From: Burkholderiaceae bacterium
Lineage (GTDB): Bacteria > Pseudomonadota > Gammaproteobacteria > Burkholderiales > Burkholderiaceae_C
Assembly (NCBI GenBank): GCA_041581405.1
Contig: JBFIDI010000001.1
Coordinates: forward strand, 1-41,862
Reading direction: 5' to 3'
DNA: 41,862 nucleotides
Under the pieces are notes generated by a model, which worked only from the letters and a program-made list of their open reading frames with translations, was not told the DNA's origin and ran no database searches. Shown here one piece after another: positions 1-9,723 of the stretch (positions are counted from its first letter, which is position 1; each line of letters opens with the position of its first letter). A program made the position numbers and the translations under genes.

Positions 1-754
1 ACAACACGCTGCCGCTGATGAGCAGCGCGTACTTGATGAACAGGGGTTCGCGCAGCAGGGTCCATTGCCCCACGCTGTAGACCAGCAGGCACAGGCCCAG
101 GCCCAGCAGGATGCCTTGCAGCATTTGCTCCCGCAGCGCCCGGCCGAGAAACTCGGATGGCCTGGACAGGCTGATCGGCAGAATCATGGCCCCGGTGTTC
201 TCGACCCGCAGGTACAGCCGGTAGTCGGCGCCGGGCGACAGTGTCAGCCCCATCGCGATGGAGCGGGAGTTGACCATGCGCTCGTCCGGTGGCGTCAGGT
301 TGCCGGAGCGTCCGCGCGTCAGCACCTGTCCATCGGACACCAGGAAGATGTCGACCCGGTTGATCACGGGGTAGTCGATGTCGAGCACCCACAGGCCGCC
401 GGCATCCCGCGTGACCGTGACCGGAATGCGCAACCAGACCGCGTCGTCGCGCAGCCCCAGTGTGCGTGCCGCCGTGCCGGGCGCACTGAAGGCGCCATCG
501 AGTCGCAGCACCTGTTCGATGTCCATGTCCTTGCCGGGATCGGACAGGATCCGGACCTGCGGCCAGAGATCGACATGCGAACCGCTGCCGTCGAGCACGA
601 TGGCCTGTTGCAGTTGCGCGTGGGCCGGTGCGGCCATCAGGGCCGCCATCATCAGGGCCATGCCCAGCAGCACGAAGGCGCGCAACCGCAGGCCGGCCTC
701 CCACAGGCGGCGCGAGAGGGTCGAAGGGGCGCGTCGGCGCGGTCGTCCTCCCAT
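1..754 (-). CDS. 7TM-DISM receptor-domain signalling protein (probably a diguanylate cyclase or histidine kinase), 3' end runs off the window
   Basis: Own translation from ATG at 754: signal-like segment (FVLLGMALMMAALMAAPAHA), then VWLRIPV..WVLDIDYPVINRVDIF..YRLYLRVEN..LPISL and TM helices (GILLGLGLCLLVYS..FIKYALL), typical of 7TMR-DISMED2 plus 7TM. The output domain is not visible. Confidence 0.75.
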   Translation of the reverse strand, partial: MGGRPRRRAPSTLSRRLWEAGLRLRAFVLLGMALMMAALMAAPAHAQLQQAIVLDGSGSHVDLWPQVRILSDPGKDMDIEQVLRLDGAFSAPGTAARTLGLRDDAVWLRIPVTVTRDAGGLWVLDIDYPVINRVDIFLVSDGQVLTRGRSGNLTPPDERMVNSRSIAMGLTLSPGADYRLYLRVENTGAMILPISLSRPSEFLGRALREQMLQGILLGLGLCLLVYSVGQWTLLREPLFIKYALLISGSVL

Positions 755-761
755 GGCGCGA

Positions 762-1709
762 TCAGCCCGATGCGTCCAGTACATGCAGTCGCCGTTCCTG
801 GCGGCGCACCAGCCGCTCGATGTCCGCCCGGTCGGCCGCCGACAACGCGGGGCCGGGCTTGCGCACCATGGCCGATGCGATCGCGCCGCGCTGCACCATC
901 AGGTGCTTGCGCACGGCCAGTCCGATGCCGGCCTGTTGCTCGTAACGCGCCAGCGGCAGGTAGGCGTCGAACAGGTCGTGCGCGCGTTCCACGTCGCCGC
1001 CCGCATGGGCGGCGCACACGTCCACCATCATCTCGGGATAGGCGAAACCCGTCATGGCGCCGTCGGCGCCGCGGCCGAGTTCCTCCGGCAGGAACAGGCC
1101 GCCGCCGTTGCCGGTCAGGATGGACGGCCGAGGCAGGTCGCCGCGGTCGCTGGCCGCGCGCAGGGCCGAGAGCTTGGCCAGGCCGGGGCAGTCCTCGTGC
1201 TTGAGCATGACGCAATTCGCGGCGCCGGCCAGGATGCGCAGCACGACGCCGGTGGACATCTGCACGCCGGTGGATACCGGATGGTCCTGCAGCACCCAGG
1301 GCACGTCGGCGCCGACGGTCTCGGCGACCATGTCGAAATAGGCCACGATCTGGTCGTCGGTGCGCAGGGTCGACGCGGGGGCGACCATCACGCCGGATGC
1401 GCCCATGTCCATCACGCTGGCGGTGAGTTCGCGCATGGGCGCAAAACCCGCCGCGGAGGCCCCCACCACGACCGGCACCCGTCCGCCCACCCGTGCCAGC
1501 ACCTGCTTGACGAAGCTGCGCGACTCCTGCGCCGTGAGTTTGGTCGCCTCGCCCATGATGCCCAGCACGGTCAGTCCGGTGGCGCCGCGTTCCAGGTAGA
1601 AATCGACCATGCGGTCGGTGCTGGCCAGGTCGAGTGCACCGGAGTCGGTGAACGGCGTGACGGCAATCAGGTACACGCCTTTGGCGTTGCGGTCGAGTGT
1701 GTGCGTCAT
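762..1709 (-). CDS. DapA/NanA-family (DHDPS-like) class I aldolase
   Basis: MTHTLDRNAKGVYLIAVTPFTDSGALD, LGIMGE, VPVVVG, Schiff-base Lys in MLKHED. LQD stands where DapA has LYN, so probably not true DapA. Confidence 0.85.
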   Translation of the reverse strand: MTHTLDRNAKGVYLIAVTPFTDSGALDLASTDRMVDFYLERGATGLTVLGIMGEATKLTAQESRSFVKQVLARVGGRVPVVVGASAAGFAPMRELTASVMDMGASGVMVAPASTLRTDDQIVAYFDMVAETVGADVPWVLQDHPVSTGVQMSTGVVLRILAGAANCVMLKHEDCPGLAKLSALRAASDRGDLPRPSILTGNGGGLFLPEELGRGADGAMTGFAYPEMMVDVCAAHAGGDVERAHDLFDAYLPLARYEQQAGIGLAVRKHLMVQRGAIASAMVRKPGPALSAADRADIERLVRRQERRLHVLDASG

Positions 1710-1833
1710 GCCAGTACGTCGATACGGTGGGTTCGCCTGTCCATGGAGGCGAAAGGGGGGGGGAGAAGTCGCGGCGAGCGCAAGCTTAGCATTGTGCCGC
1801 CTCTCCCGGCACATCGGTGTACAGTGCCTGCCC

Positions 1834-2247
1834 ATGGACGAGACCGGGTACACGCTGATGATCGACGAGTCCGAGGTCGAGACGACCGCGGTCCGGGCCC
1901 AGGGCGCCGGCGGCCAGAACGTCAACAAGGTCTCCAGCGCCGTGCACCTGCGGTTCGACATTGCCGCCTCCAGCCTGCCGGATGCGGTCAAGCAGCGTCT
2001 GCTGGCCTTGCGCGACAAGCGCATCACCCAGCACGGCGTGCTGGTGATCAAGGCGCAGTCCCACCGCAGCCAGGACCAGAACCGGCTCGATGCGTTCGCC
2101 CGGCTGCACGAACTGGTGCAGAGTGTCGCCGTCGCCCCCCGGGAGCGGCGCGCCACCCGTCCGACCCGCGCATCGGTACGGCGCCGGCTGGACGACAAGG
2201 CGCGGCGGTCCGAGATCAAGTCGGCCCGCGCCAGGCCGCCGGACTGA
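1834..2247 (+). CDS. arfB: Alternative ribosome-rescue peptidyl-tRNA hydrolase ArfB (YaeJ)
   Basis: GAGGQNVNKVSSAVHLRF (GGQ motif), RSQDQNR, basic C-terminal tail RRATRPT..RRRLDDKARRSEIK. Confidence 0.93.
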   Translation: MDETGYTLMIDESEVETTAVRAQGAGGQNVNKVSSAVHLRFDIAASSLPDAVKQRLLALRDKRITQHGVLVIKAQSHRSQDQNRLDAFARLHELVQSVAVAPRERRATRPTRASVRRRLDDKARRSEIKSARARPPD

Positions 2248-2269
2248 GCCTTGCCCCGTGGCCGCACCC

Positions 2270-3463
2270 ATGGACCGAACACCCGACCCCGCGCCCCGCG
2301 GCAGCGACGACTTCTTCGCCCGGCTGCCGTTGCTGGCGCAGGCCAGCGACACCTTCGACGCCACGCGTTACGGTGCCGCGCCCGACGACTGGGAACTGGT
2401 CGTGACCGACATCGTCGGGTCCACGCCCCTGGTCGCGGCCGGCAAGCACAAGACGGTGAATTTCGTCGCGGCGATGGCGATCGCGGCGCTGAAGAACCTG
2501 TGTGCCCCGACGCAGCTGCCGTTCCTGTTCGGCGGCGACGGGTCGGTGGTGATGGTGCCGCCCGCCCATGCCCAGGCCGCGCGCCAGGCACTGGCGCGGG
2601 TACGCGGCTTCGCCGCACGCGAATTCGGCATGCAGCTGCGGGTCGGCATCTGTCCGGTGGCGGTGCTGCGCCGGTACGGCAGCGACGTGCGGGTCGGCCG
2701 CTTCGAGCCCACGCCGGGCAACTCCTTCGGCGTGTTCCAGGGCGGCGGCGTCGGCATGCTGGAGAACGCGGCGCGGGGCCGGGGCGACGCGGCGCTGACG
2801 GCTCTTGTCGCCGTTCCCGAGGCGCTGGACGATGGTCAGCCGGTCGACCTGGACGGCTTGTCGTGCCGCTGGAATCCCCTGCAGTCCGGACGCGGTCGCA
2901 TGTTGACCCTGATCATCCACGGCGCCGCCGACGCCGGCGCCGTGCATGCCGAGGTGATGCGACTGGCGCACCAGGGTGGTGCGGCGCCGCCGGTGCGCCC
3001 GGACACCTTGTCCACCGGATGGCCTCCGAAGGGGCTGATGCTCGAGGCCCAGGCCAGCCGGGTCGGCGGCCCCCTGTGGACGGCGGTGCTTCGGCTGCTG
3101 GCGTTGACGCTGCTGGCGCGGCTGATCTTCCTGTTCGGCCGGCCGGTCGGCGGTTTCGATCCCCGGCGCTACGTCGACGAGATCGCGAGCAACACCGATT
3201 TCTGCAAACACGACGACACCGTCAGTTTCGTCATCGACTGCCCGCAGCACTGCATCGCGGCCATCAAGGCCTATCTGGACCGGCAGATGGCCGACGGGGC
3301 ATTGCAATACGGCATGAACGTGTCGCAGACTGCGCTGATGACCTGCCTGGTCAGCAACGCCTCGGGCGGATTGCACGTGCATTTCGTCGATGGCGGCGAT
3401 GGCGGATACACCAGTGCGGCCCGCACGATGAAGGCGCGGCGCGCGTCGGCATCGGCGGATTGA
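2270..3463 (+). CDS. DUF3095-like protein (nucleotide-cyclase-like fold, function unknown)
   Basis: VVTDIVGST, FLFGGDG, GLSCRWN, NTDFCKHDD and HVHFVDGGDGGY motifs recalled for this family. Confidence 0.75.
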   Translation: MDRTPDPAPRGSDDFFARLPLLAQASDTFDATRYGAAPDDWELVVTDIVGSTPLVAAGKHKTVNFVAAMAIAALKNLCAPTQLPFLFGGDGSVVMVPPAHAQAARQALARVRGFAAREFGMQLRVGICPVAVLRRYGSDVRVGRFEPTPGNSFGVFQGGGVGMLENAARGRGDAALTALVAVPEALDDGQPVDLDGLSCRWNPLQSGRGRMLTLIIHGAADAGAVHAEVMRLAHQGGAAPPVRPDTLSTGWPPKGLMLEAQASRVGGPLWTAVLRLLALTLLARLIFLFGRPVGGFDPRRYVDEIASNTDFCKHDDTVSFVIDCPQHCIAAIKAYLDRQMADGALQYGMNVSQTALMTCLVSNASGGLHVHFVDGGDGGYTSAARTMKARRASASAD

Positions 3464-3508
3464 CGCGGCGCCGCCGCAGGCCGGCTTGCGCCGCGCTGCC
3501 GGGTTCCG

Positions 3509-3564
3509 GTTTCGGCAGCCGAAACGACACGGCGCTTTTCCGCTGGCGATCTAGCTGCTAGCAT
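3509..3564 (+). promoter_or_regulatory. Candidate operator palindrome plus extended -10 promoter of the ABC/catabolic operon
   Basis: Perfect 8-1-8 palindrome GTTTCGGC-A-GCCGAAAC (3509-3525); TG-n-TAGCAT at 3556-3564, about 70 bp upstream of ATG 3635. Confidence 0.35.
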
Positions 3565-3634
3565 GGCCCGGCACAAGCGCGCCGGGTGGTGGCTGTTCCG
3601 GCGGGAAACAACAGACTCACGAGGAAGACACACC

Positions 3635-4918
3635 ATGCTGAACCGTCGCACGATCCTGCAGGCCGGCACCGCGTTAACGTCCCTGGCGCTTCCCGCTGCC
3701 GGCTGGAGCCAGGCCAAGCCGGACAAGCTGACCATCCTGTGCCACCGTGTGCACCGCTCGGTGCTCACCGGCGACAAGGGCGGCGACGCCACGGCCGAAT
3801 GGACGCGGCGCCACGGCATCGGCATCGAATGGATCACGCTCGATACCGGCCCCTTGCACGAGCGCCTGTTCCGCGAGTCCAGCCTGTCGTCGACCTCGGT
3901 GGACCTGGCCTTCCTGCTCAACACCCGCGCCACGCCCAACGTCACCAACCTGCTCGAGCCCCTGGACGGCCTGATGAAGGCCGATGCGCTCGAGGACCCG
4001 GCCGACATCTTCCCCGGCCTGCTCGCGGCGATGCGGTTCGGCGGCAAGACCTATGCCGTGCCGCACCGCCACGCGACCACCGGCTTCCACTACAACGAGG
4101 CCATCTTCAAGGAGAAGGGTGTTCCGATCCCCCGGACCTTCGAGGACGTGATCGAGGCGGCGAAGAAGCTGACCTTCACCCGTGCCGACGGCAGCCAGGT
4201 GTTCGGGTTCCTGATCGAGGGCGACAACTACCCGAACGTGATCGACATGGCGCGTGCCTACGACGGCGACTTCATCGGCGGCGACTACAAGCTCGGCGTC
4301 AACGAACCGGCCATGTTGCGCGCGGTGCAGACCCTGCGCGACTTCTATGCCGCCGGCGTGATGCCGCGCAACTGGACCGCGATCAAGGGCGAGGAGGTCA
4401 ACACCTGGATGCAGACCGGCCGGGTCGCGATGACGATCACCTCGTTCGGCCGCACCCAGTTCTACAACGACAAGGAAAAGTCCAGGCATCCGGGCGACAT
4501 CAAGGTGATGGCGCTGCCGGCGTCGCGCGACCTGAAGGCCAAGTTCCCGCACGCGGCGCCGGCCAAGACCGAGTTCTGGGCGATGTGTATCCCGAAGAGC
4601 GCGCGCAACAAGCCGATCGCATGGAGCCTGATCAAGGAGTTGTCGTCCAAGGGCAATACCGTCAAAGCGGCGCTCAACGGCAACGGCCCGGTGCGCGCCT
4701 CCGCCTACAAGGACGCCGAGTTCGCCGCCAGGATGCCGTACGCCGCCGCCGAGGCCGCCACCCTCAAGGTCGCACGGGTGCCGATTCCGGCCTTCGACAA
4801 CGCCGCGAAGGCGGGCGACATCTTCGTCGAGGAACTGCAGGCCGCCGTGCTCGGGCGCAAGGGCGTGGCATTGGCGATGGACGACGTGGCCAGACGAGTC
4901 AAGCCCCTGTTGCCGTGA
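3635..4918 (+). CDS. Carbohydrate-type ABC transporter substrate-binding protein, Tat signal
   Basis: MLNRRTILQ twin-arginine signal; YAVP..FHYNEAIF, PRTFED, GRVAM motifs; RBS GAGGA upstream. Confidence 0.88.
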   Translation: MLNRRTILQAGTALTSLALPAAGWSQAKPDKLTILCHRVHRSVLTGDKGGDATAEWTRRHGIGIEWITLDTGPLHERLFRESSLSSTSVDLAFLLNTRATPNVTNLLEPLDGLMKADALEDPADIFPGLLAAMRFGGKTYAVPHRHATTGFHYNEAIFKEKGVPIPRTFEDVIEAAKKLTFTRADGSQVFGFLIEGDNYPNVIDMARAYDGDFIGGDYKLGVNEPAMLRAVQTLRDFYAAGVMPRNWTAIKGEEVNTWMQTGRVAMTITSFGRTQFYNDKEKSRHPGDIKVMALPASRDLKAKFPHAAPAKTEFWAMCIPKSARNKPIAWSLIKELSSKGNTVKAALNGNGPVRASAYKDAEFAARMPYAAAEAATLKVARVPIPAFDNAAKAGDIFVEELQAAVLGRKGVALAMDDVARRVKPLLP

Positions 4919-5934
4919 ACGACGGCCAGCGCCTGACGGCCGGCTTGCCGCGGGTGCGGCTGGCGCACCTGCCCACGCCGCTCGAGCCCGCGCCGCGGCT
5001 GTCCGCGCAGGCCGGCGGCCCGCCGGTGTGGGTCAAGCGTGAAGACCTCAGCGGCCTGGCGCTGGGCGGCAACAAGGCGCGCCAGCTCGAATTCCTGATG
5101 GCCGACGCCCGGGCCCGGGGGGCACAGGCCGTCGTGACCACGGCGGCGGTGCAGTCCAACTTCTGCCGCGCCTGTGCGGCTGCCGGCGCGATGCTGGGCA
5201 TGCACGTGGGCTTGTTGCTGCGCGGCACCGGCAGCGAGGAGGTGCAGGGAAACTACCTGCTCGACAGCCTGTTCGGCGCCGAGATGCGTTTCATCGATAC
5301 CCGCGATCCGTACGACCCGGCGATCGCACCGGCGCTCGATCGGTTCGTCGCCGATCTGCACGCGCGCGGCCTGCACGCGCAGGTCCTGCATCTGCCGGGC
5401 GCCACCGGCACGCTGGGTGCGGCCGCCATGGTGGACACGGGCGAGGAAATGGCGCGGCAGTTCGCCGCGCATGCCATCACGCCGCAGGCGGTGTTCCTGG
5501 CCGCCGGCTCCGGCCTGACCGTGGCCGGTGTCGCATTGGCGTTCAAGGCGCTGGGCCTGTCGACCCGTGTCGTCGGCATCTCGGTGCAGCGCCCGGCCGG
5601 CTTCATCCTGCCGCTGATCGTCGAACGCGCCAATGCGGCGGCCGAACGGCTGGGCCTGTCGGTGCGACTGCGGGCTGACGACATCGACATCGACGACCGC
5701 CATCTCGGCGACGGTTACGGTCGCGTCTCGGCGGCCGGGCTCGACGCCATGCGGCTGGCCGGCCGAACCCAGGGCCTCGTGCTCGACCCGGTCTACACCG
5801 GCAAGGCCATGGCCGGCATGCTGGCCCAGTTGCGCGAGGGCCGTTTCCACGGCGACGCTCCGGTGGTGTTTTTCCATTCCGGCGGCGCGCCCGGCTTGTT
5901 TGCGCAGGCGGCGCAGTGCGGGGCGCCGGCATGA
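4915..5934 (+). CDS. PLP-dependent D-cysteine desulfhydrase / ACC deaminase family enzyme
   Basis: LPTPL, VKREDL..GGNKARQLE, QSNF, GSGLT, LDPVYTGKA, FFHSGG; GTGA overlap with the upstream stop. Confidence 0.88.
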   Translation: MNDGQRLTAGLPRVRLAHLPTPLEPAPRLSAQAGGPPVWVKREDLSGLALGGNKARQLEFLMADARARGAQAVVTTAAVQSNFCRACAAAGAMLGMHVGLLLRGTGSEEVQGNYLLDSLFGAEMRFIDTRDPYDPAIAPALDRFVADLHARGLHAQVLHLPGATGTLGAAAMVDTGEEMARQFAAHAITPQAVFLAAGSGLTVAGVALAFKALGLSTRVVGISVQRPAGFILPLIVERANAAAERLGLSVRLRADDIDIDDRHLGDGYGRVSAAGLDAMRLAGRTQGLVLDPVYTGKAMAGMLAQLREGRFHGDAPVVFFHSGGAPGLFAQAAQCGAPA

Positions 5935-7139
5935 CGATCCGCGCCAGCGCCGCCAAGGCCGCCGCCGCGCTGGCGCGCCCCGCGCGTGGCACGCAGCACG
6001 GCGACAAGGCCGGGCCGCCGTTGACGATCGCCGCCATCCGCGCGATTCCGCTGACCGCGCCGATGCAGGCCGGCACGCGGACCTCGCAGGCGACGTACGA
6101 CAAGGTGTCGATCGTGCTGGTCGAGTTGCGCACCACCGACGGCATCGTCGGCTGGGGCGAATGCCTGGGCCGTTTCGGCGCCACGGCTTATGCCGACTTC
6201 ATCGAGACGGTGCTGGCGCCGTTGCTGCTCGGGCGCAACGCGTTCGACATCCGCCAGCACTGGTTGCGCATGCGCGCGGCGCTGACCGGCCGCGCCGGCG
6301 GCATGCTGGTCGAGGCGATCGCCGGTGTCGACATCGCGTTGTGGGACGCGGTCGGCAAGGCGCTGGGGCAACCCGTGCACCGCCTGCTCGGCGGCATGGG
6401 CCGCCCGGCCGTGGACTGTTATGCCTCGTCGATCAACTGGGCCGATGCGGCGACCATGCAGGCCCAGGCCCGCGCGGTGGCGGCGATGGGGTTCAAGGCG
6501 ATCAAGGTCAAGCTCGGCCAGCCGGTGGAACAGGCCATCGCCGCGGCGGCGGCCGTGCGATCGGCGACCGGCGACGCCATGCGTCTGGGCGTGGACGCGA
6601 ACTGGGCGTATACGCTGGACGAGGCGATGCGTGTCGGGCACGCCTTGCACGAGCTGGGTTACTGGTTCTTCGAGGAGCCGATCGTGCCCGAGGACGTGCA
6701 GGGGTACCGGCAGCTGCGGCGCAGCCTGGCCATCATGCTGGCGGCCGGCGAGAGCGACTACACCGTCGCCCACGCCGCGGAACTGGTCCGCGACCGGCTG
6801 GTCGGCATCATCCAGCCCGATGTCGCGCGCGCCGGCGGCATCAGCGAGACGCGCGACATTGCGACGCTGGCGCAGGCCTTCCATGTCGGATATGCGCCCC
6901 ACGTGGGCTGGTCGGGCGCGGTGTGTGTCGCCGCCAGCCTGCAACTGGCCGCCGCGATGCCGGCCTTCACCAGCTTCGAGTGCATGTTCATCGGCAACCC
7001 GCTGCGCGATGCGCTCGCCCACGAGCCGGTCGGTGCCGTCGCGCAGTTGTCGGACGGCCGCCTGCCGGTGCCGACCGGGCCGGGCCTGGGCATCACGATC
7101 AACCTGGATGCGGTCGAGCGTTACCGCGTGGACCGGTGA
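5931..7139 (+). CDS. Mandelate racemase / muconate-lactonizing (enolase superfamily) enzyme
   Basis: GWGE, DIALWDAVGK, KAIKVK (KxK), VDAN, FEEP, AGE, IIQPD, PH, PGLG; ATGA overlap. Confidence 0.9.
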   Translation: MTIRASAAKAAAALARPARGTQHGDKAGPPLTIAAIRAIPLTAPMQAGTRTSQATYDKVSIVLVELRTTDGIVGWGECLGRFGATAYADFIETVLAPLLLGRNAFDIRQHWLRMRAALTGRAGGMLVEAIAGVDIALWDAVGKALGQPVHRLLGGMGRPAVDCYASSINWADAATMQAQARAVAAMGFKAIKVKLGQPVEQAIAAAAAVRSATGDAMRLGVDANWAYTLDEAMRVGHALHELGYWFFEEPIVPEDVQGYRQLRRSLAIMLAAGESDYTVAHAAELVRDRLVGIIQPDVARAGGISETRDIATLAQAFHVGYAPHVGWSGAVCVAASLQLAAAMPAFTSFECMFIGNPLRDALAHEPVGAVAQLSDGRLPVPTGPGLGITINLDAVERYRVDR

Positions 7140-8008
7140 AGCCGTCGGCGCGCGACTGGGGCCTGGTGGCGCCGGCCCAGCTGCTGCTGACGGTGTTGTT
7201 GTTCGCGCCCTCGTTGTACGTGTTCTGGCTCAGCCTGACGAAGTCGACCTACGGCCAGAGCCCGGTCTGGGCCGGTTTCGCCAACTACGCGACGGTGTTG
7301 TCCGACCCGTATTTCTGGACCGCGACACTCAATACCGCCATCGTCGTGAATGCCGTGGTGTTCGGCGAATTCCTGCTCGCGCTGGCGGTGGCGATGTTGT
7401 TCGCCGGCTGGATCCCGTGGCGCCGCGTCATGATCGCGGTCGTGCTGGCGCCGTATGCGATCAGCGAGGTCGTCGCGGTGGTGATCTTCAAGTACATGAC
7501 CGAACCGTATGCCGGCCCGGTCACGCTGGCGCTCAAGGCCATCGGCCTGCCGACGCTGGACTGGGCGGTCGAGCCGTCGCATGGGCTGGCCATGGTAGTG
7601 TTGCTGTCGATCTGGCACCACCTGCCGTTCACCTTCATCCTGTTGTACACCGCCTTGCTCGGCATTCCGCGCGAGTTGTACGAGGCGGCCCAGGTCGACG
7701 GCGCCGGTGCCTGGCGCAAGTTCCGCCACATCACGGTGCCGCTGCTGGTGCCGGCCATGCTGGTCGCGCTGGTGTTCCGCTACATCTTCGCGTTTCGCAT
7801 CTTCTCCGAGGTCTGGCTGCTGACCGGCGGCGGGCCGGCGCGCACGACCGAGGTGCTGGCGGTCTACCTGTACCGGCAGGCATTCCGCTATTCCGACTTC
7901 GGCGCCGCGGCCGCCACTGGCTGGCTGATGCTGCTGGCCTCTTTGCTGATGGGTTCCTGGTACATCTGGCAGATGTACCGGCGGATGTTCGCACATGGCC
8001 GCGCGTAG
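7136..8008 (+). CDS. Carbohydrate ABC transporter permease 1
   Basis: Multiple TM helices; EAA loop IPRELYEAAQVDGA; LTGGGP; GTGA overlap. Confidence 0.9.
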   Translation: MKPSARDWGLVAPAQLLLTVLLFAPSLYVFWLSLTKSTYGQSPVWAGFANYATVLSDPYFWTATLNTAIVVNAVVFGEFLLALAVAMLFAGWIPWRRVMIAVVLAPYAISEVVAVVIFKYMTEPYAGPVTLALKAIGLPTLDWAVEPSHGLAMVVLLSIWHHLPFTFILLYTALLGIPRELYEAAQVDGAGAWRKFRHITVPLLVPAMLVALVFRYIFAFRIFSEVWLLTGGGPARTTEVLAVYLYRQAFRYSDFGAAAATGWLMLLASLLMGSWYIWQMYRRMFAHGRA

Positions 8009-8855
8009 ACGCCCGATCACCGTTCGCAGGGCGCGCCGGGCACTGGTGCTGGTGCTGCGCATGCTGGCGCTGGCCGGGGTGCTGGTGTGGTCGGGTTTCC
8101 CGATCCTGCTGGTGTTGTGGTCCTCGCTGCGACAGCCGCGCGACATCTTCGGCGGCGGCGGCAGCCTGTGGGCATTGACGACGCGCAACTACACCAACCT
8201 GTGGGAGCGCTGGCCGGACTTCTTCGACAACCTGGCCAACAGCCTGGTCATCGCGCTGTGCGCGACCGCGTTGACGCTGGTCGTGTCGTTCCTGGCCGGC
8301 TACGTCTATTCGCGGCGCGACGGCCGGGCGTTGACCGCATCGGCCTTTTTCATGATCCTGGTGCGCCTGCTGCCGCCGATCGTGATCACCTTGCCGTTGT
8401 TTCCCGCCGTCAACTGGCTGATGCTCAACGACACCCGCACCGTGCTGGTGATCCTGTACTGCGCGTTCTTCCTGAGCCTGGGCACCTGGATCATGAAGGC
8501 CTTCATCGACCAGCTCCCGCGCGAGCTGGAGGAGGCGGCCGCGATCGACGGTGCGGGCCTGTGGCAGACGCTGCGACTGGTCGTGTTGCCGCTGTCCTAC
8601 GCCGGGTTGATCGCGACCTCGGTGTTCATCATGGTGTTCGCGTGGAACGACTTCCTGTTCGCGTTCATCTTCACCGCGGTCGACGCCAAGACGGCGCCGC
8701 TGGTGATCTCCGAGATGGTCGGCGCCATCGACGGCGTCGACTGGGGCATCCTGTTCGCGGCGGCCACGCTGCAACTGGTGCCGATCCTGGTGTTCGTGAT
8801 TCTGGTGCAGAAGTACCTGATTGCCGGCCTGACCGCCGGCACCGTGAAAGGATGA
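7995..8855 (+). CDS. Carbohydrate ABC transporter permease 2
   Basis: LPRELEEAAAIDGA EAA loop; AWNDF; QKYLIAGLTAGTVKG terminus. Confidence 0.92.
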   Translation: MAARRRPITVRRARRALVLVLRMLALAGVLVWSGFPILLVLWSSLRQPRDIFGGGGSLWALTTRNYTNLWERWPDFFDNLANSLVIALCATALTLVVSFLAGYVYSRRDGRALTASAFFMILVRLLPPIVITLPLFPAVNWLMLNDTRTVLVILYCAFFLSLGTWIMKAFIDQLPRELEEAAAIDGAGLWQTLRLVVLPLSYAGLIATSVFIMVFAWNDFLFAFIFTAVDAKTAPLVISEMVGAIDGVDWGILFAAATLQLVPILVFVILVQKYLIAGLTAGTVKG

Positions 8856-8859
8856 AGCC

Positions 8860-9723
8860 ATGACGATGCACGCTGCCGCCCACCCGACCCATGTCGATCC
8901 GCGGCTCTCGCGTTACGACCCGCTGGCCCGGGTGATCTACTTCGACGATTTCGACTGCGGCCTGAACGGCTGGACCGCGCTGGTGGGCAACTACGAGGAC
9001 TCGATCGAGACCATGACGCGCTCCTATGCGCGCCACATGCAGCCGATGCTGAGCCAGATCACGCACTGGGACAGCGGCACGCATGGCGCCTTCGACGGCA
9101 CCTATGCGCTGAAGATCGCCACGCGCGCCGTGCCGGGCGAACGCAATACCGCGATCAAGCGCGTGACCTTCCGCAAGGCGTCCAGGATCCGGGTCGAGAC
9201 CTATTTCGCGTTCAAGCCCGAGGCCAACGAACTCAAGTTGTCGGACCTGGACGTGCGCTCGGTCGGCCTGCTGTTCGACCTGCAGGACGGCCGGCAGCGG
9301 GTCATGCCGCACCTGCGGTATCTCAATGCGCTCGACGGGCAGCGCATGAACCGGTGGCAGTTCAAGCAACGCTCGACGCCGTTTCGCGCCATCGGCAGCC
9401 GCAGCGAAACGGTGACCCACGACCATCTCAGTCCGAACGACTGGGAGGACGTCCCCGATGCCGGGCAGAAGCTCTGCTACAACGAGATCCCGACCAAGAT
9501 CAACTGGCATTACCTGCGCTTCGATTTCGACCTGGCGACGATGCGATGGCTGGAGTTCCAGTGCAACGACCAGACCTTCGCCTGCCCCGACGTGGGGTCG
9601 ATCGCGATACCGGCCATGCCCAACCTGGCCTGCATGCTCAATCTCGTGTTCTTCTGCGAGTCCGACACCGCCAAGCGCAGCTTCTTCTATCTGGACAGCG
9701 TGTTGCTGTCGGGGGAGTTCTGA
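8860..9723 (+). CDS. Conserved hypothetical protein (possibly DUF6772-like)
   Basis: Strong GC3 coding bias and in-operon position (5 bp after the permease); DPRLSRYDPL..FDDFD..GW and YNEIPTKINWHY. The family name is from memory only. Confidence 0.7.
   Translation: MTMHAAAHPTHVDPRLSRYDPLARVIYFDDFDCGLNGWTALVGNYEDSIETMTRSYARHMQPMLSQITHWDSGTHGAFDGTYALKIATRAVPGERNTAIKRVTFRKASRIRVETYFAFKPEANELKLSDLDVRSVGLLFDLQDGRQRVMPHLRYLNALDGQRMNRWQFKQRSTPFRAIGSRSETVTHDHLSPNDWEDVPDAGQKLCYNEIPTKINWHYLRFDFDLATMRWLEFQCNDQTFACPDVGSIAIPAMPNLACMLNLVFFCESDTAKRSFFYLDSVLLSGEF

Noticed and set aside
3464-3495. CGCGGCGC/GCGCCGCG inverted repeat after the DUF3095-like gene as a terminator
   Set aside because: Long loop, no U-tract, and expected by chance at this GC content.
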